Positions 21,356 through 31,238 of a stretch of DNA of 64,000 nt are shown piece after piece. The position numbers and the translations under genes are program-made. The DNA lies in assembly GCA_019058245.1 (NCBI GenBank), contig JAHPZJ010000006.1, positions 64,001 through 128,000 on the forward strand, read 5' to 3'. How positions within the stretch are numbered: position 1 is the first letter of the stretch; each line of letters opens with the position of its first letter. This DNA is from Promethearchaeota archaeon. Its GTDB lineage: Archaea > Asgardarchaeota > Lokiarchaeia > Sigyniarchaeales > SOKP01. The notes under the pieces were generated by a model. That model saw nothing but the letters and a program-made list of their open reading frames with translations, had not been told where the DNA came from and did not search any database.

Positions 21356-22798
21356 ATGGTGGATGAGAATCTTCACACAAAGTTCCTTAAATTAATGTCT
21401 TCTAAAGTCACAGATTCAGATTTAGAATTAGTTAATTTAGGAAAATCGTTAGGATTAGATTTAGTATCTTTTGCTGATTTGAGAGCTTCACAAGAAGATA
21501 ATTTTGTTGATCAAGTAAGATATAAAGCTCTGGAGAGGATGCAAATAGATAAAGATAATGTTTTAGATAATACTGATTCATTTTACGCTGGGAGCATTGA
21601 TTTCATGGTATCTGAAGAACCTGAAGGGAAAAAGTTTTTTCTTTTAGAAACTAATGGAGGATCTCACAGAGGTCTTTCAATAATTACTGAAAAACAGCAA
21701 ACTCTTTTATATAATGGATATCTTGAAGCTATTTTACAAGCAGTAAGGAATAATATGAATACAAATGAAAAAGTATTTGTTTTAATTGGTGTACCGATAA
21801 ATGATGGTCTAATTCATGAAAAGGTTATAATGCTAGAATATTTACGAAAAACACTTAAATCTCACAGTTATACTGTGAAGATTTTTAATACTGACAATTA
21901 TGACAGAAATTTTAGAGCGGAAATTGTGTTTTTAATAGCAGATTATAAACAATTATCCCATTCACTTTCATTTTTAAATAATTGGATTAAATTTAAAGGA
22001 GATAAGGTTCATGTGTTAATAGGAGATGGTATTGCAAGACGTTTTAAGGATAAAAAATTCTCAAAACTCATTGTGGAAGATTTTCGTAAAATTAAATCTA
22101 TCATTGTCAACCCGATTTTTAGAATAACCGATGATAAATCTTTCACGTATTTAGCTAGCTATTTTAGTAAGGTTCTACTTAAAAAGTACAATCTACGATA
22201 CCTTTTATTTACTAAAGCATTTTCAGAAAAGGAGTTGATAGAAAAACTGGAATATCTCATAGAAAAGTACCAAAAACCTTTTATTATTAAACCTAGTGGA
22301 GGATCAGGAGGTGCTGGAGTTATGCCAATTTCTAAGAATGAAGATTCAGCTAGTATAAAAAAAATTATAGATAAGAGTAAGAAAGAATTTTTTGCTAAAT
22401 TTATGAAAGACCGTAATCCTTACCCATATACAATACAAGAAATGGCTAATTTTAATATTATAAAATGGAAAGATGAAGGTCACACCTATGACATAAGGCT
22501 TTATCTGGCTCAAAGAGAAGGTTTGGTTATACCAATTGGAGGATTAGCTAGAATTGCTCGAGGTGAATATCATGGTACTTTAAATAAACAAGAGTTTGTT
22601 GTAAATTTATCTGGTTATAATGGTCAGATAGAAGTTGAACGTGGACTAGGTTTTTCAAAAAGAAATAGTGAAATTTTAGATTTAAGTTTGGATGATTTTG
22701 TAAATATGTCATGTATCGGTTGTACATTATTTACAAATATTGTAAAGAATTATAATAAAATCATTAACTTCTCAGATTGGAGTAAAATAATCGATTGA
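21356..22798 (+). CDS. Circularly permuted ATP-grasp ligase (TTL/YheC-D-like motifs)
   Basis: IDFMV...FLLETN near the N-terminus; IIKPSGGSGGAGV, IQE, YDIRLYL, ARIA, VVNLS near the C-terminus. Confidence 0.75.
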   Translation: MVDENLHTKFLKLMSSKVTDSDLELVNLGKSLGLDLVSFADLRASQEDNFVDQVRYKALERMQIDKDNVLDNTDSFYAGSIDFMVSEEPEGKKFFLLETNGGSHRGLSIITEKQQTLLYNGYLEAILQAVRNNMNTNEKVFVLIGVPINDGLIHEKVIMLEYLRKTLKSHSYTVKIFNTDNYDRNFRAEIVFLIADYKQLSHSLSFLNNWIKFKGDKVHVLIGDGIARRFKDKKFSKLIVEDFRKIKSIIVNPIFRITDDKSFTYLASYFSKVLLKKYNLRYLLFTKAFSEKELIEKLEYLIEKYQKPFIIKPSGGSGGAGVMPISKNEDSASIKKIIDKSKKEFFAKFMKDRNPYPYTIQEMANFNIIKWKDEGHTYDIRLYLAQREGLVIPIGGLARIARGEYHGTLNKQEFVVNLSGYNGQIEVERGLGFSKRNSEILDLSLDDFVNMSCIGCTLFTNIVKNYNKIINFSDWSKIID

Positions 22799-22799
22799 A

Positions 22800-23954
22800 A
22801 TGAAGCTTGAAACACTAAAAGCATTATTAGATATTTCCAACCGGAATATTTTATATAATGAAATTCTAAATGAACTAGAATTGGTTAATAATGTAGATTA
22901 TGTAAATTACCAGAAATTTAAAATCTCTGAAGGTATAATTCCTCTAATTAAGATAGCAGATAATTCCAAATTTGAAGAAATAAAGCATGTAAAAATTTTT
23001 ATTGGGGCACAGCATAATGAATATAATGGTCTTTTTAGTATATTGAAATTCTTTCAATTATTACGAGAAGGAAAAGCTAAAATAAATGAATTTTTGAGAA
23101 GAGATCAAATCATCTTTTTTTTCCCAATATTGAATCCTTATGGATTTTTGAATCCAAAAAGAGAAAATAAATCTGGTTATTATTTGAAAAATGGTACAAA
23201 TCTAAATAGATTTTGGCGTAGAGCATTCGCTCCTGAATATCAAAATGGAATGACTGATTTGAATGAATTTTCAACACCCGAACAAGTCTTTATTGTGAAG
23301 AATCTACTTCAAAAATATTGGAATAATGAAAACATTAATTTATATATATTAGACATGCATGAAACTTCTTTATTGGAAAGATTTCCAATTGAGTTAAGTG
23401 AAAAATTAAGTTTATCGTATAAGTTTGATCATTGGTTAAAAGAGGGTATAATTTTAAATGTAATAAATTTATATGGTATCCCTCATAATCAGAAACCATT
23501 GTTTATCAAAAAAAATCCTTCTTTGGATCATAGATACCTAAATCTGACTCAGAAACAACTTGAATTGGTTTTTGAAAAACTTCATGAATATTTACTAAGA
23601 AATAGAGGAAAATTGCCTTTTTATTTTTGTTATAGTAACAAGAGTAAAGAGTACTGCCTAAAACTTGCTAATATAGTATATAATAAATTAAAAGAAAAAC
23701 TAAGGGAAACTTATTTCACCGCATTTAGCCATAGTTTTATAAATCATGGATGCTTTGTAAGAATGAGTGATGCTACTTCCCGTCCTAAAATATTCTCTAT
23801 GGAATTAGAGTCCCAGAAACATTTCTTTAACATTTTTGAAGAAATACAAAAATCAGAATTAGATCCTAATTATTTTAAAAATAAACTTAATCTTATAAAT
23901 GTAAGTATAGAATTAGCCCTCGAAACTATTAAAACAATGATAGAGTTAGTTTAG
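22800..23954 (+). CDS. M14-type Zn carboxypeptidase / succinylglutamate desuccinylase-like protein
   Basis: GAQHNE, NPYGF, REN...NLNR, LDMHE, SMELE; starts 1 nt after the ATP-grasp stop. Confidence 0.72.
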   Translation: MKLETLKALLDISNRNILYNEILNELELVNNVDYVNYQKFKISEGIIPLIKIADNSKFEEIKHVKIFIGAQHNEYNGLFSILKFFQLLREGKAKINEFLRRDQIIFFFPILNPYGFLNPKRENKSGYYLKNGTNLNRFWRRAFAPEYQNGMTDLNEFSTPEQVFIVKNLLQKYWNNENINLYILDMHETSLLERFPIELSEKLSLSYKFDHWLKEGIILNVINLYGIPHNQKPLFIKKNPSLDHRYLNLTQKQLELVFEKLHEYLLRNRGKLPFYFCYSNKSKEYCLKLANIVYNKLKEKLRETYFTAFSHSFINHGCFVRMSDATSRPKIFSMELESQKHFFNIFEEIQKSELDPNYFKNKLNLINVSIELALETIKTMIELV

Positions 23955-23990
23955 TTTCTAAACAATAATAAAATAAAATATTTGATAAAA

Positions 23991-24998
23991 TTACGAATTA
24001 ATAAAATTTAGAGTTGCTCCTACTAAAACACATTCATTTTTTTTCTGTGAGTGCCCACCTTTTTTCAAAACTAATAAATTCTGTGATGGAGAATTTAAGA
24101 TCATTTGATTTTCTCTAAAATTTTTAAATTTAATTACTTTATCATTTTTACAATGGATTAACATAACCTTTTTTGATATTTGATTCCAATCTTCAGTAGA
24201 TAATTCTTTTTGAGTATTTTGAAATAATAAATAAGGTGATAATTTAATATTATCTTCTTCTTTTGGAAAAAGTCTAACTCCTTTTATTAAGTAACTCAAC
24301 ATAACTATAGGATTATATTTTGGTATGTTTTGTTTATAATGAGACATTGAAGAAATTGCTATAATTTTTTCAATTTTTTTATTTAAAAAACCTCCAGCTA
24401 AAGCAGTTATCCCCCCAATACTAAATCCTACACAATATATTTTAACATTTGAAAATTCTTCTTTACTTTGCACCCATTCGATTATTTCTTGAAAATCTTC
24501 AATTCTTTTTAAAAATTCACTCCTTTTCCCTATTTTTTTTGATTTTCCTGTACCTCTAGCATCATAGGCAAGAATTATATAACCCTGAAGGGCTAGAGGA
24601 AAATAAAAATATTCAAGTTTTTCATTTGTATCTGAAAAACCATGACAAACTATAATTAAAGCATTAGTAGAACTAATTATTGATTTATTATGATTTTTTA
24701 CCAGATTTCCAAATATAAATCCATCAGAAACATTTATTTTTATGGTTGTTACTTCTAAATCCTTTTGATAAAGTCTTTTCCAACGATCAAACCAGAGATC
24801 TCTAAAAGAAAAATAAATCTCAAAGGGAGTATACACGATTAGAAAGGTAGTTACTGATAAAATAAAACATCTTGAAAAAGCAGTTGTATAGCATGGATTT
24901 CCTAACCAAATATTTACTTCCCAGATATACCAGCTAAACAATATATCAATGACTATTATAATAATACGTTTATATGTATTTGAAAGCAAATTTTTCAA
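23991..24998 (-). CDS. Membrane-anchored alpha/beta hydrolase
   Basis: Two N-terminal hydrophobic segments; HGF, YDARGTGKS, GFSIGG, ND, GGH. Confidence 0.85.
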   Translation of the reverse strand: MKNLLSNTYKRIIIIVIDILFSWYIWEVNIWLGNPCYTTAFSRCFILSVTTFLIVYTPFEIYFSFRDLWFDRWKRLYQKDLEVTTIKINVSDGFIFGNLVKNHNKSIISSTNALIIVCHGFSDTNEKLEYFYFPLALQGYIILAYDARGTGKSKKIGKRSEFLKRIEDFQEIIEWVQSKEEFSNVKIYCVGFSIGGITALAGGFLNKKIEKIIAISSMSHYKQNIPKYNPIVMLSYLIKGVRLFPKEEDNIKLSPYLLFQNTQKELSTEDWNQISKKVMLIHCKNDKVIKFKNFRENQMILNSPSQNLLVLKKGGHSQKKNECVLVGATLNFINS

Positions 24999-25054
24999 CT
25001 AAATAATATAATCAGATAAAATTTAACCGATAAAATAATAAAAAAATAAAAATT

Positions 25055-25381
25055 TTATGGCTTTTTTGGTTTCGGACACCCATGATCATGGGCGACTTTA
25101 CAATCTGGTTTACTTCTTAATCCGGGACAAGGTTTACATTTTACTTCACGTAGCAGTTTAACAACATCATCAATTTCCATTCCAAATTCTTCATCCTCCG
25201 TCTCATCAGCAACCATTTCATCATCTTCAGGAATTTCATAAATAACATCTTCTTCTAAATCATCTTTCCACTCATTCAGATCCAAAACTTCATCTCCATC
25301 TTCGTCCGTTTTTCCATTTGGAACTTCATAATCCTCCTCTTTATCTGAAGCGGTCTTTTTTAGGGTCTTTTTTTTAGCCAT
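25055..25381 (-). CDS. Small highly acidic protein with C-terminal Cys/His cluster
   Basis: Basic N-terminus, D/E-rich core, CKPC...C...HDHGC. Confidence 0.7.
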   Translation of the reverse strand: MAKKKTLKKTASDKEEDYEVPNGKTDEDGDEVLDLNEWKDDLEEDVIYEIPEDDEMVADETEDEEFGMEIDDVVKLLREVKCKPCPGLRSKPDCKVAHDHGCPKPKKP

Positions 25382-25490
25382 AGTTATTACTCACGATTGT
25401 TATTGATTTGTATCTATCATATTTTAAATATATAATCTTTACTAAAATTTATTTTTAATTCGATTTTCTATTAAAAATTATTGATTTATA

Positions 25491-27593
25491 TTATCGATTT
25501 ATTAAAAATTTTTTTTCAATATCTTCTATTTGTTTTAATATACCAGCATTTTTATGAAACTGGTTATAAAGTATTTTAATTTTTATCAAAATAGAATCTA
25601 ATTCATCTAATGAATAAAGCTCAAAATTTTGTACATCGAAACGAGGTATTAAGAATTTAACTGGAATTGTTTGAGGATCAATTTTTAATTTGAATAATTC
25701 TCTTAAAATGTTGTAATCTAAATTAGACTTTAAATATAATTCATCTAAAAACAATAAATTTACTAAAGAATTGCTCAATTTTATAAAAAACTTAAGGATT
25801 GCATTTAGTTGATTACGATATTTGTTATCAAACCTTTCAAATTCAGAATTGATTATAATTTTGAAATCATTTGAGTTAAAATCATATCTTAATTGAGAAA
25901 TAAGTTGTATAATTTTTCCTAATTGTGATAATATCATAGGAATTTTTCCTGGTAAGGGTAATCTCTTAATAAAACTTCCATTAAATCGCAAATATCCTCC
26001 TGACATGTGTAAAGTACCAAAAAGTGTTTTAAACACCAGATCTAATACGTTTGAATTAAGAATTGTTAACAATCCAAATAATTGATCAGTGTTGAATGAA
26101 GCAATTTTTATAAAATAGAGACCCGTTATATTAGTGAATATCCCTGGATCATAATAACAGGTTAAATCTTTCGCAATTTCCCTAAAGATTAGTTTTTCAC
26201 AGGCAATTTCGTTCCAAATATGATCAAAATTATTATTATAATTAAAGTATGAAATTTTGATATCTTTTCCAGCAATTTTTATTCTTTTATTAAATTTAAT
26301 ATAATATTTTTCAATATTGCCTGTTCCAATTAATAACAAATCATTATCTGATTGAGGTTCATCACTTATATTGTCAAAATATTTCCTATATTTTAAAAAA
26401 CCAAAAGGTCGATATATTATTTTTAAATCTTTATAGGTGTCAGAAAAGGTTTTATAGTTATTAAATAAATATGCTACTAAATTTATATTTCCTGAAATTG
26501 GAATTACATTAGACGGAAATTTCTGAATTAAATCTTGATAAACTTTTTTAACTTTAATTCTGTTATTTTCAATTAAATCATTTATATTATTTATATTTTT
26601 AATTTTTATCTCTTGGTTCTTGCTTTGACCATTCTTTTTAAAAGACAATATTATAGGATATGTGGCCGTGTTTTGAAATATGAGTAAAGATGAAATATTT
26701 ATAATTTCTTTAATATTGGATTCATTCAATAATAACTTTCTGATTTTAACGCCATAATCTGCGGATAAAAATTTATTAGGCAGAATAAGTGAGAGAGAAC
26801 CGTTATTATTCAATAATTGTAAGGATCTCTCAATAAAAATTATAGAAAGGTCATATAAACGATAAGCAGTTTTATATCTATCTCTAATCTTTTTCTTAAA
26901 TTCTAAATCTTTTATCTTTTTATTTTCAATATAAGGAGGATTTCCAACTATTATATCGAATTTTTCAGATCTAAATTCTAAAAGATAATCCAGATTGAAA
27001 AGATTAAATTTAAGAGCAGATTTTTCAATAATCTGGTCAAGAATTATTGTGTTAAAATCCTCAATGACTATATTACGAAGGAAAAATTTATCCACATTAG
27101 AAGAGAGCACCCATTTAAATAACCTTAATTTTGAGACAATAAGAGCAGAATTATCAATTTCAATTCCATAAAGATTATTTTGAATTATTGTTTTTTTTAT
27201 ATTGAAATCAGATAATTTAGGATAAATAATTCTATAAATTTGATATAATTTTTCTGCAACAGATATTAAAAATCTCCCAGAACCGCAAGATGGATCTAAG
27301 ATCCTGATATTATTAATTATTTTGGTAAAGGTTTTATTAAATTTCTGATTATTGTTAAATAAATGAGCAATCCTTTCTAAATTTAGTTCTCCTTTAGTTT
27401 TATTTTGATAATTCAAGATCTCTTCAAAATGTATTCTGAAAATGTTAGATACGATATAATCTACAAGCTGCTTAGGGGTATAAATTATTCCAAGATTACG
27501 ATTCTCATCCTTCTCGAGAAATTTTTCATTTTCAAATCTCTCAATCTTTTGCTCTATTAAACGGTACATTTCTCGAGTAAATGATTCTTCCAT
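25491..27593 (-). CDS. N6-adenine DNA methyltransferase (gamma class, Eco57I/TaqI-like) with target recognition domain
   Basis: IYTP, ILDPSCGSGRFL, YGIEID, DIIVGNPPY, LNS...GGYLRF. Confidence 0.9.
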   Translation of the reverse strand: MEESFTREMYRLIEQKIERFENEKFLEKDENRNLGIIYTPKQLVDYIVSNIFRIHFEEILNYQNKTKGELNLERIAHLFNNNQKFNKTFTKIINNIRILDPSCGSGRFLISVAEKLYQIYRIIYPKLSDFNIKKTIIQNNLYGIEIDNSALIVSKLRLFKWVLSSNVDKFFLRNIVIEDFNTIILDQIIEKSALKFNLFNLDYLLEFRSEKFDIIVGNPPYIENKKIKDLEFKKKIRDRYKTAYRLYDLSIIFIERSLQLLNNNGSLSLILPNKFLSADYGVKIRKLLLNESNIKEIINISSLLIFQNTATYPIILSFKKNGQSKNQEIKIKNINNINDLIENNRIKVKKVYQDLIQKFPSNVIPISGNINLVAYLFNNYKTFSDTYKDLKIIYRPFGFLKYRKYFDNISDEPQSDNDLLLIGTGNIEKYYIKFNKRIKIAGKDIKISYFNYNNNFDHIWNEIACEKLIFREIAKDLTCYYDPGIFTNITGLYFIKIASFNTDQLFGLLTILNSNVLDLVFKTLFGTLHMSGGYLRFNGSFIKRLPLPGKIPMILSQLGKIIQLISQLRYDFNSNDFKIIINSEFERFDNKYRNQLNAILKFFIKLSNSLVNLLFLDELYLKSNLDYNILRELFKLKIDPQTIPVKFLIPRFDVQNFELYSLDELDSILIKIKILYNQFHKNAGILKQIEDIEKKFLINR

Positions 27594-27698
27594 CAGAATT
27601 TAACCAATAATTAAAATTCTTTATTTATAAAAACGATAAAGACTATAATAAAAATGATGTAATTTATATAAAAAACAAAACTTTGGATCAATTCAAGT

Positions 27699-28598
27699 TT
27701 GAATGAAATTGATAAATCATTTCTAAATGATATAATAAAAAATCCACATAAAATATCTGAGATAGAATTTGATAAGATATTACAGATATTAAGGACAGTT
27801 AAAAACATTTTAGATGAAGAATATTTACTTCTAAAATTCAAAATAAAGGAAGAGATTGAGGAAGTTTATGTAATAGGAGATATTCATGGAAATTTAAATA
27901 GTTTAATGAGACTGATAGATATAATCAATAAAAACAATCCAAAATTAGTTATTTTCTTAGGAGATATAGTTGATCGTGGACCAAAACAATTAGAATGTTT
28001 GTTAATAGTTCTTATTTTAAAGATACTTTTCCCTTTAAAATATTATATATTGAGAGGAAATCATGAGACCTTAGAAATGAATGAGTATTATGGTTTTCTT
28101 AGAGATTTTAATTTAAGATTTAAGAATATTAATAAATTTAATGAAATATTGAACATTTATAACTTTCTTCCAATATGTTCTTTAATTAATGGGGGCATTT
28201 TATGTTTACACGGTGGAATTCCGAAAGACACCGAAATTATCAAAAAATTACAAGGTCAAAAATGTAAAAATTTGAAACTAATATTCAATTCAGTCGCACA
28301 AAGTATATATCAAATTATGTGGAATGACCCTAAAACTGAATTAAATGGTTTTTCTGACAGTTTTAGAGGTCCAGGAATCTTTTTTTTTGGATATGATGTT
28401 TTTGAAAATTTTATGGAGGTAAATGATCTGAAGTATCTTATTAGAGCACATGAATGTTTTCCAGAAGGGTTCAAATGGTTTTTCAACAAAAGATTGTTAT
28501 CAATATTTTCTTCTGCTGATTATAGAGGATTTTACCACCCAAATCCTGCTTCTTATGCAATAATTAAAAATAATGAAGTAATTCCAAAACTCATATAA
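27699..28598 (+). CDS. PPP-family Ser/Thr protein phosphatase (PP1/PP2A-like)
   Basis: GDIHG, GDIVDRG, LRGNHE, HGGI, WNDP, RG, IRAHE, SIFSS. Confidence 0.95.
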   Translation: MNEIDKSFLNDIIKNPHKISEIEFDKILQILRTVKNILDEEYLLLKFKIKEEIEEVYVIGDIHGNLNSLMRLIDIINKNNPKLVIFLGDIVDRGPKQLECLLIVLILKILFPLKYYILRGNHETLEMNEYYGFLRDFNLRFKNINKFNEILNIYNFLPICSLINGGILCLHGGIPKDTEIIKKLQGQKCKNLKLIFNSVAQSIYQIMWNDPKTELNGFSDSFRGPGIFFFGYDVFENFMEVNDLKYLIRAHECFPEGFKWFFNKRLLSIFSSADYRGFYHPNPASYAIIKNNEVIPKLI

Positions 28599-28667
28599 TT
28601 AGAAATGGAAAATGTATTTCTATACTTTTACTTTTCAATCATTTATGTGTATTATTATTCTTTGTAT

Positions 28668-29597
28668 CTATAGGATATCAAATGCTTTTATTACTTTACT
28701 AATTTGATTATCCTCTATTATGGGTATATACTTTCGTTCTTCCTTAAACATTTTTTGAGCAGTATCTTCTACAGTATAGTTTTTGTCAATCGAAATTACA
28801 TCTTCTAATTTTGTTAAAAATCCTTCTATTTTTATAAGATCAGAAAGCATTTGTTCAAAAAGATTGAAGTCCTCTGCAAATTTCTTCTTGTATTCAAGAT
28901 AAAAATCTATTATTTCACACACATCTGATTTAGTAATAATTCCTAAATCAATCTCAGCCCTTCTACTGGGAATATCCGCAAAAGAAAAAAGTTCATTAGC
29001 TTCTATAATTTCAGATTTGCGATTAATAGATCCAATCAGGTCTTTTTCTGCTTCCTCCCCTCTCACAACAAGAATATCAGTTTTTTTTTTACTGAGTTTA
29101 TAAATAGCTTCTTTAAAAAGAAATCGTGTTTCAATTTTATCAATAGGTTTAACACCCATATGATCTGAAATTTTCCTCCTTCCTTTTTGTCTAAACGCAT
29201 AATAAATAAATTCACAAAAGAGACCTACAATTATTCCTAATAAAATGATTCCTGCTAATCTATTTATTCCGCTTTCTGATAAGATTGGTATATCAAAAAT
29301 GTTCATCTCAGGGAAAAATAGGAATAGATAAACAACTATCCACGATGCAAATATCCTTCTTATCCCTACTCTCTCTTTTGGTTCTAATCCTTCTAATAGT
29401 ATCACAAATATGCTAGTTAAACTTGCCATACTCCAAGCTAGATACCATTCCTTTATAAAAACGGGTAAATATACTTGAACTATAGAAAAACCAATAAATA
29501 CAATAAATGCTAAGGTTGCCCATCCATGTCTTTTTATAAAACTGAAAAATTTTTTTATTCGATTTTTCTTCTTATTTTCATTATTTATTTCATTCAT
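28668..29597 (-). CDS. Membrane protein (about 4 TM) with degenerate CBS-like C-terminal region
   Basis: Hydrophobic N-terminal half; VISIDKNYTVEDTAQKM...IPIIEDNQ...VIKAFDIL resembles a CBS domain. Confidence 0.6.
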   Translation of the reverse strand: MNEINNENKKKNRIKKFFSFIKRHGWATLAFIVFIGFSIVQVYLPVFIKEWYLAWSMASLTSIFVILLEGLEPKERVGIRRIFASWIVVYLFLFFPEMNIFDIPILSESGINRLAGIILLGIIVGLFCEFIYYAFRQKGRRKISDHMGVKPIDKIETRFLFKEAIYKLSKKKTDILVVRGEEAEKDLIGSINRKSEIIEANELFSFADIPSRRAEIDLGIITKSDVCEIIDFYLEYKKKFAEDFNLFEQMLSDLIKIEGFLTKLEDVISIDKNYTVEDTAQKMFKEERKYIPIIEDNQISKVIKAFDIL

Positions 29598-29824
29598 TAG
29601 TTATTTCCACCAAGTTTTTATTTATCTATTATTTTATTCCATAAATAGTTTACATGAATAGATTTAAGCTGGATTGTTGGATTTTCATTAGAGTTCTTCA
29701 AATTATTAGTAATATGATTATAAAATTATTTTTTTTATAAAGCAAGTTAAACATAAATTTTATCGTAAACTAATTTAGAATATATTTTAAAATTGATATA
29801 ATAATATTAGCTAAAAGGATCAAG

Positions 29825-30418
29825 ATGAAAGTAAAATCTAATATTGATAAGCTAATACCTCCTCAGAAAGATCTTTTATTAAATGAAATTGGAATAATTA
29901 ACCAAAAAATTAAAAAATTTGATGATTATTCTTATATAATTAAAGGCTGGACTATCACTTTATAGTCTGGATTTACTTCTCTATTCTTAATCAATATAAT
30001 CTCTAATTCATTGTCAGAATTTACCCTATATATACCAGCTGCAATAGCATTTTTCTTCTGGGGTCTTGATGGTATCTCAAAAAAATACCAACGATTTTCT
30101 ATAGTAAGAAATATGGAGGTGGAAGACTTTCTTAATGATAAACTTTCAGAGGATTATGAATTCTATATTTATGATGCTGTGGCACGACTTAGTAGAGAAA
30201 ACAAATTATTCAAGACAAATTATATTCATAAAACAAAATTTTGGAAATGTTTTCTTGTTAGAAGTGTAAGTTTATTGTATCAAGTTCTAATCACAGTTAC
30301 ATTCTTTCTGGGGATTTTTTTTATTCCTAATTACGTAATTGTTAACCTAATTTTCAGTGTGTCTTTTTTGATCTTTTTTAGTCTTTGTTGGCACTTCAGT
30401 CATAAAAGAAAGTTTTAA
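29825..30418 (+). pseudogene. Membrane protein interrupted by an in-frame TAG at 29963-29965
   Basis: ATG 29825 reads MKVKSN...IIKGWTITL*SGFTSL and continues in frame into track ORF 30011 (FFWGLDG..YQR). Confidence 0.7.
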
Positions 30419-30471
30419 ATTTGGAGAGGTTTAATAGAGCTTCAAGATGTAACTCATCAAAAACTTAAATC

Positions 30472-31236
30472 TTAATTCTCATCACTTAAGGGTATTGTAA
30501 ACCATAAATTTTCTTCTTTATCAACAGGATATAGTAGACTCCTTTCATGTCTAGATTCTTCGTCAGTAAACGTTTCTCGAGTAAGATAAGAAATTAAATT
30601 CGAAATGAAAAAAGTGAAACTCAAATTTTCCAATTGATAAACCGAATACATGATGTGATTTGGTGGGCCCCATAATTTAAGAAAAATATTATTATTTAAT
30701 GATATATGATTAAGATAATTACCACTTATTCTATCAGCTTTTACCTTATCCCTTATATATTGTTCTGAATAATCCCCTTCAAAAGAAAATATCCCATTAA
30801 AAATCTTACGATCTGGAAATGTTATAGATAAGAATTTTCCGATTTTATTCATTTTCTTAATAATTTGGTTTAATCTTTGATTTTTTGCATTTGTTTTAAC
30901 TTCTATTACCGCTCTAACGGAGTTTGGACTTACGATATAAAATTCTCCTTCATTGAATAAAACAGGAAAATTGTTGTCTATTATTAAAATATCTATTTGT
31001 GTGGAGCTTTGAACTTGATGATTTTCAATCTTTACAACAAATCCAGTGCCTATTGTGAAAGATTTTGGAATTACTCGTCTAAGGATATTTCTCAAAAAAG
31101 ATTCTTTATAAGCACCTTCTTGTCCCCAATTGGCATCCCCTATTAGATTTCTAACCCTATCTTTGATTGCTGTAATTTCAAGAGCGATAGATTTATAAAA
31201 TCTCTCTAAATTAGATAGATTACTATTATCAGACAT
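30472..31236 (-). CDS. DUF6602-like PD-(D/E)xK nuclease-domain protein
   Basis: G..KE..LR, GTGFV, STQIDILIID, VRAVIEVKT. Confidence 0.75.
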   Translation of the reverse strand: MSDNSNLSNLERFYKSIALEITAIKDRVRNLIGDANWGQEGAYKESFLRNILRRVIPKSFTIGTGFVVKIENHQVQSSTQIDILIIDNNFPVLFNEGEFYIVSPNSVRAVIEVKTNAKNQRLNQIIKKMNKIGKFLSITFPDRKIFNGIFSFEGDYSEQYIRDKVKADRISGNYLNHISLNNNIFLKLWGPPNHIMYSVYQLENLSFTFFISNLISYLTRETFTDEESRHERSLLYPVDKEENLWFTIPLSDEN

Positions 31237-31238
31237 TT

